Source: Lentisphaerota bacterium (GTDB lineage Bacteria > Verrucomicrobiota > Kiritimatiellia > UBA8416 > JAUUYL01). Taken from it: 64,000 bases of DNA. Both the position numbers and the translations under genes were made by a program. The notes under the pieces were generated by a model. It ran no database searches. It saw only the letters and a list, made by a program, of their open reading frames with translations, and was not told the DNA's origin. Shown piece by piece: positions 7,834 to 19,443 of the stretch (the first letter of the stretch is position 1; each line of letters starts with the position of its first letter). The DNA lies in NCBI GenBank assembly GCA_030590485.1, contig JAUUYL010000005.1, positions 6,084 to 70,083 of the forward strand, written 5' to 3'.

Positions 7834-9402
7834 ATGGCAGAAATAATTTTTACAACAGGATCATTTTCCGGGCAACAGTTAGAACTTCCAGAAACAGGTA
7901 TTATTCTTGGTAAGGGTGAGGGGTCAGACCTTGTTCTTGACGACGGTATGGTTTCCGGGGCGCATATGCAGATTCGCATGGAGGAGGGTGTCTGGTGCGC
8001 TTTTGATTTGGACAGCACGAACGGCATTATCGTCAATGGCGAGGAGACCAAGGCTGCAAAGCTTCATACGGGTGATACAGTCACTCTTGGCGAAACTACT
8101 TTTACATTTCAGGGCAACGGTGAGTCTCTAGCTGCTGAAGAGGCTACGCCAGTAACGGAGGAAGCACCTGCTCTAGAAGAAGCACCTGTTGCGGAGGAAG
8201 CACCGGCACCTGAGCCAGCACCGGAAGCACCTGCGGTTGTAACGGATTCTAAAACAGGCAACAGTTCATTATCGACCACTCAGGCGACAGAAGAGGATGT
8301 TGACCTTGTTAAGAAGATGAGTGAGCTTACTGTGCACATTCGTCGGGAAATCGGTAAGGTCATTGTCGGTCAGGTCGAAATGGTTGACCGTGTTTTGATG
8401 TGTATGATTGCTGGTGGTCACGCTTTGTTGATCGGATTGCCTGGTATGGCTAAGACGCTTACGGTTATGACTATTGCTCAGGTATTGGACATGGACTTTA
8501 AGCGTGTTCAGTTTACACCTGACTTGATGCCTACAGATATTGTTGGTTCGGATGTTATTGAAACCAACGCGGAAACTGGCGAGAAGGAATTCCGTTTTAT
8601 CAAGGGTCCGATATTCTGTAATCTTCTGCTTGCTGATGAAATTAACCGTACTCCGCCGAAGACGCAGGCTGCTCTGCTTGAGGCTATGCAGGAGAAGCAG
8701 GTTTCAGCTGGTACTACGACTTATAAGCTTGATGCGCCGTTCTTTGTATTGGCTACTCAGAACCCGATTGAGCAGGAAGGTACATATCCTCTTCCTGAAG
8801 CGCAGCTTGACCGTTTTATGTTTAATATCTGGGTAGATTATCCGTTGCAGCATGAGGAAGAGATGATTATTGGTGCGACGACTACAGGTGGGATTGGCAA
8901 GCCTGAGAGAATTTTGACCAAAGATCAGGTTCTTAAGCTTCAGAAGGTTGTGAAGAAGATTCCGGTTTCTGACCATGTTGTTAAATACGTGGTGAAGCTT
9001 GTGCGTGCGACCAGGCCGCAGTATGAGGAGACACCAGAGGTTATCAAAAAATATATCGGTACTGGTGCCGGGCCTCGAGCCTGTCAGAATCTTATCATGG
9101 CGGCTAAGGCCAGAGCAGTTCTGGATGGTCGTATTCACGTGAGTTGCGCTGATATTCGCGAGTCGATGGAGCCGGTAATGAGGCACAGGCTTGCGCTTAA
9201 CTTTGCCGCAGATTCAGAAGGTTTGAAGTCGACTGACATTGTTGATCAATTGATCGAGCAGGTCAGCGAGCCTGGCGAGGCGGACTATGCTCCTCGTCCA
9301 GCATCAGCTCCTGCTGAGGCGGTAGCCGCACCACCTGCAGCAGCGCCGGAGGCGCCCGCCGCTGCTACTAAGCCTAAGGGTAGGAGACGGCGCAAAAAAT
9401 AG
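7834..9402 (+). CDS. FHA domain fused to a MoxR-class AAA+ ATPase
   Basis: The N-terminus is FHA-like ('GKGEGSDLVLDDGMVSGAHMQIRMEEGVWCAFDLDSTNGIIVNGEE'). An E/A/P-rich linker follows. MoxR motifs are Walker A 'GLPGMAKT' and Walker B region 'LLADEINRTPPKTQAALLEAMQE'. The tail is basic ('KGRRRRKK'). Confidence 0.85.
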   Translation: MAEIIFTTGSFSGQQLELPETGIILGKGEGSDLVLDDGMVSGAHMQIRMEEGVWCAFDLDSTNGIIVNGEETKAAKLHTGDTVTLGETTFTFQGNGESLAAEEATPVTEEAPALEEAPVAEEAPAPEPAPEAPAVVTDSKTGNSSLSTTQATEEDVDLVKKMSELTVHIRREIGKVIVGQVEMVDRVLMCMIAGGHALLIGLPGMAKTLTVMTIAQVLDMDFKRVQFTPDLMPTDIVGSDVIETNAETGEKEFRFIKGPIFCNLLLADEINRTPPKTQAALLEAMQEKQVSAGTTTYKLDAPFFVLATQNPIEQEGTYPLPEAQLDRFMFNIWVDYPLQHEEEMIIGATTTGGIGKPERILTKDQVLKLQKVVKKIPVSDHVVKYVVKLVRATRPQYEETPEVIKKYIGTGAGPRACQNLIMAAKARAVLDGRIHVSCADIRESMEPVMRHRLALNFAADSEGLKSTDIVDQLIEQVSEPGEADYAPRPASAPAEAVAAPPAAAPEAPAAATKPKGRRRRKK

Positions 9403-9457
9403 TGTAGTCTTTGCATGTTACGCCCGTATACTGGGGGTCCCTGTTTCGTTGTGCCGA

Positions 9458-11332
9458 TTATTTCTTCGCGACTGTTTCGTCAGGGTTATCTTTATGTCTC
9501 AAGGTCAGTGCTATCTGATTAGATAGTTCCTGGCTGTTTTGGGCTGCATGCAGATCGTCAAAAGTCAATATCGCGAGGTCATTTTTCTTAATGAAGAAGT
9601 ACTTACAGCGGAAAATACTACCGTGTGTTGCTGTGTAGGTGTAGCCCTTGAGTCCGGAATAGGTTTTGAAGGCACTGAGGTCAGTTGCGGTCGCCGTTGG
9701 ATATTTTGTTGTCCAGGCTGAGCGTTCTCTGATGACATAATCAGACAGTGAAAACTTGGAGACATCGCTGAACTCTTTAGCATTGAGGCTGAATGCGGTG
9801 TTGACCTTTTTGTCCTTTGATGTTGATTTAAAGTTGGCCACACGGACATTTATATCTTTTGAATCCTGCGTCAATGAGTATTTTCTGGGGACCAAAGTAC
9901 TCCACCCTATCAGCTTATTACCGTTTGCGTTGCTTGTGAACACTTGCCATTTACCTGGTATGACACGTACATCAAGACCTTGTTTGTTTATTACAACGTC
10001 TACGGGTGTTTCTTCAACGAAGAGTGCTTGCATATCTGTTTCATCAGTCCTTAGGGCTCGAGTTTCTTTCAGGTTGACGCATTGTTCGGATATGGCTCTT
10101 TCCCCGAAAGATCCTGTGGCGTTTATGATATTGTTAATCTTCAGAATGGCAGTTTCCTTGGCGGGGAAAAAGACTCGCACAATGGCCATGTTATTTGTGA
10201 TTGTTTCCTGAAGAAATATGGGCATTTCCTTCCCGTTGGAAAAGAATGCTGTGGCGTTCCAATGGGTGGGGCCGATATTTTCTCCAACTGTCACTTTTGA
10301 GCAGACTGATTTGCCTGTTGTATCGAACTTTTTCCAGATTTTTGTGACTTTTGGAATAGCTGAGACTTCTCTTGCGCTTTCTCTGGTCAGTGCAAATTGC
10401 ATGGACTGCTTGATTGCTTGGACGATCATATTGACGTCGAAACCGCTTGATAGCGATGCTGTCGCATGGTAGTAACCGGGTTTTGTTTGTTTTGAAATAG
10501 TGAATTTCTCCACCTTGGCAGTTTTCAGTGCGCTGTATTTATGCAGGGAGGCGGTCAATGGCTGCAAGTAGTTGTCCATTATCATACGCGCTTTCATTTT
10601 CGGAATGCCCGTGAAATCAGTCATCTGTGAGACATTACGCTTTATCTGCAGCTTGTATGTCTTGTTATTTGAGTAGAAGGCATTAACCTGGCGGACTCCA
10701 TTTTTGCCGCCCTTGCCCAAGGTGACGCTCATTAGGCTTACGGACTGACCGCCGATAACAAAGTGAGGAAGTGAGGTTTCTTGCGTAATAGTCGTTATGA
10801 TCTCTTTCTTAATTGAGCTCGTGTATATGGTTTCCATGAGAAAAGCCGGACCTGCTGAGAAAAGAGTCGAGAGGGCAATCCCGAGTGCCATAAATAATGA
10901 AGGCATACGAGTTGGGCTGTTTTTCAGTCCTTCGTTCGTAAAAATACTGGCACCTGCAAGGATTCCGGGTGCGATGGGTAGATACACGATAACCCAGGCT
11001 GGAAGCAATTTAAATTTCATGCTGATAAAGGCAAGCAGGCCGTGGATCAGTAATGTGCAGACAAGTGCGGTTAGTGCTGTATAGAGCCAAGCCATGATGC
11101 CTTTGTAGCCGGGTTTATGTTCCCGCTCCCGCTGTCCCCGGCCTGCCCATACGACTCCTGGCGTGCCTGTTCCTGGTGCGCCTGGAGGTGGCGCGGGACT
11201 TGCGTCTGGGGCAGGGGCGGGAGCACCAGCGACAATAGTCTGGCCGCAACTCGGGCATTGTATTTGCATCCCGGTGGCTGAGTCGTCAATCTGGTATGGT
11301 TTGTTGCATAAATTGCAAGTAGACTGGATCAT
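9458..11332 (-). CDS. Zinc-ribbon, multi-pass membrane protein with a large extracytoplasmic domain; unknown function
   Basis: Start set at ATG 11332 (SD-like AAAGGAAG upstream). The longer ORF would overlap the upstream gene. N-terminus carries 'CNLCNKPYQ...CPSCGQ' (CxxC...CxxC). A Pro/Ala linker, about 4 hydrophobic helices and about 450 aa without recognisable motifs follow. Confidence 0.65.
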   Translation of the reverse strand: MIQSTCNLCNKPYQIDDSATGMQIQCPSCGQTIVAGAPAPAPDASPAPPPGAPGTGTPGVVWAGRGQREREHKPGYKGIMAWLYTALTALVCTLLIHGLLAFISMKFKLLPAWVIVYLPIAPGILAGASIFTNEGLKNSPTRMPSLFMALGIALSTLFSAGPAFLMETIYTSSIKKEIITTITQETSLPHFVIGGQSVSLMSVTLGKGGKNGVRQVNAFYSNNKTYKLQIKRNVSQMTDFTGIPKMKARMIMDNYLQPLTASLHKYSALKTAKVEKFTISKQTKPGYYHATASLSSGFDVNMIVQAIKQSMQFALTRESAREVSAIPKVTKIWKKFDTTGKSVCSKVTVGENIGPTHWNATAFFSNGKEMPIFLQETITNNMAIVRVFFPAKETAILKINNIINATGSFGERAISEQCVNLKETRALRTDETDMQALFVEETPVDVVINKQGLDVRVIPGKWQVFTSNANGNKLIGWSTLVPRKYSLTQDSKDINVRVANFKSTSKDKKVNTAFSLNAKEFSDVSKFSLSDYVIRERSAWTTKYPTATATDLSAFKTYSGLKGYTYTATHGSIFRCKYFFIKKNDLAILTFDDLHAAQNSQELSNQIALTLRHKDNPDETVAKK

Positions 11333-11421
11333 ATGTATGCTTCCTTTCTGGGGAAACAAGATATCGCTTAAGGGGTAAATTGTACAGGAGAAAGTAAGAT
11401 CAGCCCGGACGAGGCAAACAT

Positions 11422-12468
11422 CTAGCTGAGGCTTTGCAGGAGTTCCAGGGCTTTGTCTGCGGCATCTGGCGGGAGAGTGCCCAGTCCGCATGATGGTGTT
11501 AATATCAGCTGTTTTCTAAGTAGTTCCTCGGGGATGCCTTTTGATGCAAACAATGCAATCAGTTCATTCAGTCTTTTCCGGAGGCTTTCTTCTGTTTCGT
11601 TGTCAACTGGAACCGCATCGGCGGTATGGCCGGCTGTAGGAACTATTCCCCATGCTAGGTAGCCGCCCTTGTTTAGGAATGCTTGGATTTCTTCGGGATA
11701 CAGTGCTACCTTCTCTCCGTAGAAATATGCGTCAAATGCTATGATGTCAACATCAGTCTTCGTGAGCAGGCCCCAATCCATATTGCCGCAGCAATGTATT
11801 CCGGCGGCAGCTCCTTTTGCCTGGACGGCGTGAATCAACTCGTTCAGGGACTCGATGACTTCATCATCCTCGATGGAAATGTAAGTGGGTGTTCCAAGTG
11901 CCGAAAGAATTGGTTCGTCAAAAAAGATAATGGCATTTTCTGCATATTTTTGCAGTTGTTCAAGTTGCCAGAGTGCCTTCATGGTTAGACCTTTCAGGAC
12001 AACATCCTTGTATTCGGGATTAAACCATACGGGTTTCATGTCCTGATCGTTCAGCGTGAGTCCGAAGGTGAAGGGCCCCGTTATCTGACCTTTGATCAGT
12101 GGCAGTTTTTCACCCGAAGACTCGAGGGTCTTGAGGAAGCGATGCAATCCGGCGGCATGGATTTCTGATATAGCGAACGCATCAAGGTTCTCGGCAATGA
12201 AATTCTCGTAAAATGCAGCTATCTCGTTCAGTAGTCCGTCTTCGAGTTGCACCCATGTTTTCTTCTCATTTTCGTCTATTACTATACCGGGGAAACCCTC
12301 GGAATACTGAGGAACCATGGTTTCCTTAAAAGACTGCTTTGGCAGTTGGCACCATGTTGGTATGGAAAGTGGGTGTTGGCTCAGCGCGGAAAAGGCCTTT
12401 TCCGGTGAGTCGTAGGGCATGCTGCCAATCATTGTCGTTGAGCTTGGAGTCACGTTAAACATCCGCAT
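11422..12468 (-). CDS. Cobalamin-independent methionine-synthase-like (MetE C-terminal / UROD-like fold) protein
   Basis: 348 aa. 'GIHCCGNMDW' and 'LTPSCGLG' resemble the His/Cys and Cys zinc ligand segments of Meth_synt_2-type enzymes. The substrate cannot be inferred. Confidence 0.55.
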   Translation of the reverse strand: MRMFNVTPSSTTMIGSMPYDSPEKAFSALSQHPLSIPTWCQLPKQSFKETMVPQYSEGFPGIVIDENEKKTWVQLEDGLLNEIAAFYENFIAENLDAFAISEIHAAGLHRFLKTLESSGEKLPLIKGQITGPFTFGLTLNDQDMKPVWFNPEYKDVVLKGLTMKALWQLEQLQKYAENAIIFFDEPILSALGTPTYISIEDDEVIESLNELIHAVQAKGAAAGIHCCGNMDWGLLTKTDVDIIAFDAYFYGEKVALYPEEIQAFLNKGGYLAWGIVPTAGHTADAVPVDNETEESLRKRLNELIALFASKGIPEELLRKQLILTPSCGLGTLPPDAADKALELLQSLS

Positions 12469-12553
12469 ACATTACCCTATGAATAATTCATATCAAGACA
12501 ATTAATAGCGGAGAAGAGACCTGTTTTCTCATTAGTGAGAAGGTTCTTTTTCT

Positions 12554-12577
12554 AAACCCCCTTATTTAAGGGGGTTT
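12554..12577. other. Perfect 10-bp inverted repeat (AAACCCCCTT-ATTT-AAGGGGGTTT)
   Basis: Read directly. It lies in the 377-nt spacer between the beta-galactosidase stop and the MetE-like start. Neither strand has a clean U-tract. Confidence 0.9.
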
Positions 12578-12845
12578 CTCTCCGCTTGGCACGGAAAACG
12601 CTTATATAGATACTTATAAAGGGAGGGTATAGAGATTATGTCAGTGTTGACACACGTTATTAGGGAAAGACAGAGGTGGCATCATTTGTGTGAGATCACA
12701 GCCGACAAGAGGCGTTCGCAAGCGAATTTTGATTGGATTTTTTATGTTGCCGTAGCAGTTCTGTTGTACATGTATAGAATAGAGGTCCTCGGTTTTCTGA
12801 CTAGGTTTGTCGAGGGGGTGTAGTTTAAAGTTTGCGTTCTGCGAC

Positions 12846-16328
<3,483 letters not shown>

Positions 16329-16339
16329 CTAAAGCATAT

Positions 16340-16582
16340 ATGCTAGAGATTCTCTCTGTTGAAATGAGGGAAGCGCTGGAATTGGCTGTTAAATTGGAGC
16401 GCGGGATGCTGGAGCATAGGTTCTTTGATTACTTTGAGGGGTCGGGACCTTCTTTTCTGCAAGACATGGCGGTGTTAAAAAAGGAGACCGAAGAGCATCT
16501 GAAGAGCATTACGGATAAGCTTGATGAATTCATGATGGGTAATACTGATGAAGAAAGCATAGATGGGGACAAGAATGAGTGA
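16340..16582 (+). CDS. Small acidic hypothetical protein
   Basis: The ORF ends with a 4-nt overlap onto the GTG at 16579 of the next ORF. The start is uncertain (TTG 16304, ATG 16340 or ATG 16364). No family recognised. Confidence 0.4.
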   Translation: MLEILSVEMREALELAVKLERGMLEHRFFDYFEGSGPSFLQDMAVLKKETEEHLKSITDKLDEFMMGNTDEESIDGDKNE

Positions 16583-16602
16583 TTTGGTTAAGAGGGGCGT
16601 TT

Positions 16603-17526
16603 ATGAAGATCAGTCTTGAAGAAACCAGTCTTAAGAGCTCTCCGCATGCGTTTATCGACAGGAATGGTGAACCTGTATTGATAAGGCTTTTGTCTGATCG
16701 CAGGCACAATGACCTCTTAGAAATGTATTTGGCGTATCAGCCGCGTAATTCGTTTAACAATCTTCCTCCGCTTGAGGATGGCGCCTGTCTGGTCTGGGTA
16801 AAGAAGATTATAGAAGAGGCTTTAAATGTGGTCGCGCTCTCGTTCAAGGATGGGGTGATAGGTCATGTGGCGCTTTTCTCGATGAGCAAGGTGATGTGTG
16901 AACTGTTGATAGTTGTGTCACCGGGGTATCAGCGTGTAGGGATTGGGACGGAGCTTACGAGGTGTGCTATACAGTTGGCCTACGAGATGGGGTATCAGAA
17001 GATATGGCTATGTGTTGAGCCGGGGAATATGTCTGCCAGGCATGTTTATTCAAAGTGTGGCTTTCTGTATTTTGGTGGGGATGACATGGATGACTTGGAG
17101 ATGTCTTTTGATTTGACGCATTACCATCATGGGCTTGATGAGTCGATTTGTGGATTGGTAAATAGGAATGCTGTTGCAATTAATCATTTGGCATCCTGCC
17201 AGTCAGCCTACGATATTTGTGTGGAGCGCAATGTGGGTGCGTTACCAATGCTTAATGACGATAATGAGGTTGTGGGGATCTTAACGGCAACAGACTTGAT
17301 AGGCACGACCAATCCATTACATATAGTCAGGGACGTGGCGACTATGGGTGTTGTGAAAGTGGAAGAGAATTGTGAGATAGCAAGAATAGTGAGGTTGTTT
17401 CAGTCGCGGCACTTGCGTTGCATACCGGTGGTTGATGCAAACAAGAAGTTCGTCGGAATTATAGGGCGACATGAAATATTGAGGCATATTGGGGAGAAGA
17501 TATGGGCAAAAGGAGGGGGTAGTTGA
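16603..17526 (+). CDS. GNAT acetyltransferase fused to a CBS-domain pair (AcuA-AcuB-like fusion)
   Basis: ATG 16603 follows AAGAGGGG. GNAT motif A is 'YQRVGIGTELTRCAIQLA...ARHVYSKCGF'. The C-terminal CBS pair is 'VVGILTATDLI' and 'FVGIIGRHEIL'. Confidence 0.8.
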   Translation: MKISLEETSLKSSPHAFIDRNGEPVLIRLLSDRRHNDLLEMYLAYQPRNSFNNLPPLEDGACLVWVKKIIEEALNVVALSFKDGVIGHVALFSMSKVMCELLIVVSPGYQRVGIGTELTRCAIQLAYEMGYQKIWLCVEPGNMSARHVYSKCGFLYFGGDDMDDLEMSFDLTHYHHGLDESICGLVNRNAVAINHLASCQSAYDICVERNVGALPMLNDDNEVVGILTATDLIGTTNPLHIVRDVATMGVVKVEENCEIARIVRLFQSRHLRCIPVVDANKKFVGIIGRHEILRHIGEKIWAKGGGS

Positions 17527-17529
17527 CGT

Positions 17530-18663
17530 ATGGAGACTAAGGCATATTTGGTGCACGGCAAGGAGTTGGATAGTTTGCAATATCCTGAAGGGTGCCCTTT
17601 GAATACTAGCCGGGCGGGAAAGGCCTGCAGGATGCTGGCTTCTATGAACTTGCTGATTGGTGACGGGAAAGAGGTTGTTGAGCCCAGGCGCGCGGAGCGT
17701 GCTGAATTGGAGAAGTTTCACACGGCCAGGTATCTCGACGCGCTTCAGCGTGGCGCGGAAGGGAAAATGGATGAAGAGTGTTTTGATATGGGGCTTGGTA
17801 CTCCTGACAGCCCTTTCTTTCCGGATATGTATAATTATCCTGCGTGGGGGGCTGGCGCCAGTCTTGTGGCGGCAGAGTTGATACTTGATGGAGCTCAGGT
17901 CGTTTTTAATCCGTCAGGCGGCTTTCATCATGCAGCGGCAGAGCTGGCGGGAGGATTCTGCTACATTAATGATATTGTTCTCGCCAGCATGTTATTGGCG
18001 GATGCGGGCCGAAAAGTTATGTTTATAGATATAGATGTGCATCACTGCGATGGTGTGCAGGACGCGTTTAATGTTCGTAACGACATTATGACGTTTTCGA
18101 TGCACGAAAGTGGAAAGACCGTATTCCCTGGAACCGGTTTTGTTGATGACATGGGTGAGGGTGAAGGAAAGGGGTACTCGATTAATGTTCCGCTTCCTGT
18201 TGGCGTATATGACGAGGCTTATGAGCATGTATTCAAGGATCTATGTTCACCTCTTGTTGGTGCGTTTGATCCTGATGTCATTGTTCTGGAGATAGGTATG
18301 GATGGTTTGGCGGGTGATCCGCTGGCGCATTTAAACCTCACGAACAACTCTTATGCTGATGTTATATCAACGGTGTTGGGTTTCGGAAAACCTGTGCTGG
18401 CGACTGGTGGCGGGGGGTATCACGTGGCAAACACAGCGAGGGGTTGGGCCTTGGCTTGGACGGTGTTGAGCGGGGAGAGTGGTTTTGACGATGCATTGCT
18501 TGGGCTGGGTGGCGTTATGATGGAGTCCACTGATTGGCAGGGTGGCTTGCGCGACAGGGCTCTAGTTTCTTATGGAAGCCAGAGGGATTCTGTAGACAGA
18601 GAGCTGGAACAATTGACGAAGGATGTTAAGAGTAAGATATTTCCTTTACACGGCCTTTGTTAG
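17530..18663 (+). CDS. acuC: Zn-dependent deacetylase of the histone deacetylase / AcuC family
   Basis: 'PSGGFHHAAAELAGGFCYINDIV' and 'IDIDVHHCDGVQDAF' are the HDAC-family catalytic signatures. The gene starts 3 nt after the preceding gene. Confidence 0.85.
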   Translation: METKAYLVHGKELDSLQYPEGCPLNTSRAGKACRMLASMNLLIGDGKEVVEPRRAERAELEKFHTARYLDALQRGAEGKMDEECFDMGLGTPDSPFFPDMYNYPAWGAGASLVAAELILDGAQVVFNPSGGFHHAAAELAGGFCYINDIVLASMLLADAGRKVMFIDIDVHHCDGVQDAFNVRNDIMTFSMHESGKTVFPGTGFVDDMGEGEGKGYSINVPLPVGVYDEAYEHVFKDLCSPLVGAFDPDVIVLEIGMDGLAGDPLAHLNLTNNSYADVISTVLGFGKPVLATGGGGYHVANTARGWALAWTVLSGESGFDDALLGLGGVMMESTDWQGGLRDRALVSYGSQRDSVDRELEQLTKDVKSKIFPLHGLC

Positions 18664-18816
18664 TGACGGTATGGCATGAGTTGCACTTGCTTTTCAGAAA
18701 CAATTTCTTGCCAGGAACAGTCTCATCTCCCGGCGAGAGGATTTATCACTCAGAACTGGGATATAAATAAGACAGAAGTGTTATGTAATTCAAGCTAAAA
18801 GCTGGGGGTATGCGTT

Positions 18817-19218
18817 TTAGTCTTTCAGCAATGATTCGACCGTATCTATCAGCACTTGCGGCGGAACTGGTTTCTCCAGAAATATAGATGGAGCTTCATT
18901 AAGGTACTGCTCTAATTCTTCCTTGTTGAAGGAAGTGTTCATTATGGAATTAATCTCGCTGAACATAATAATAGGTATTTTGGCAGTTTCGGGGTTCTGT
19001 TTCAGAAGGCATAAAACTGCAAACCCGTCTTTGCTGCCTGGCATCATGACATCGAGCAATATCAGGTCAGGTGTAGACTTCTCTGCCGTTTTCAGTCCGT
19101 CGTCTCCGTTTGTTGCTATTTGAATGGAGTAGTCTTGCCCAAGGGCGGTGCTGGCGAAATCACGCCAATCTTGATCATCATCCACTATAAGAATGGTCTT
19201 AATTCTGTTTTTGTTCAT
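18817..19218 (-). CDS. Single-domain response regulator (CheY-like receiver)
   Basis: Start at ATG 19218 ('MNKNRIKTILIVDDDQD...LILLDVMMPG...IPIIMFS'). The longer 252-aa ORF adds a Cys/His-rich low-quality extension that overlaps the divergent gene. Confidence 0.85.
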   Translation of the reverse strand: MNKNRIKTILIVDDDQDWRDFASTALGQDYSIQIATNGDDGLKTAEKSTPDLILLDVMMPGSKDGFAVLCLLKQNPETAKIPIIMFSEINSIMNTSFNKEELEQYLNEAPSIFLEKPVPPQVLIDTVESLLKD

Positions 19219-19443
19219 ATTTAACGCCTCAGACCGCAATGCAAGTCGATATTTGAGTATATAGATGTTATTGTTTGTGAAAACAAGATAATAATGGTTG
19301 AAGCTGTCGTCAAGGTCTGGCGTGCAGGATAGACGAGTCCTTCTTTTATGAGATAAGTCCGGTTGGATAAATCCAATAAAAGCTGATACATTATATGGAA
19401 GTTTTATATTTCGAAAAAGCTTGATGGAGAGAGAGCAAACTAT

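Noticed and set aside
12516-12523. GAGACCTG octamer resembling the core of the cobalamin-riboswitch B12 box, near the MetE-like gene
   Set aside because: It is on the wrong strand relative to the MetE-like gene. None of the other conserved riboswitch core blocks is present nearby.
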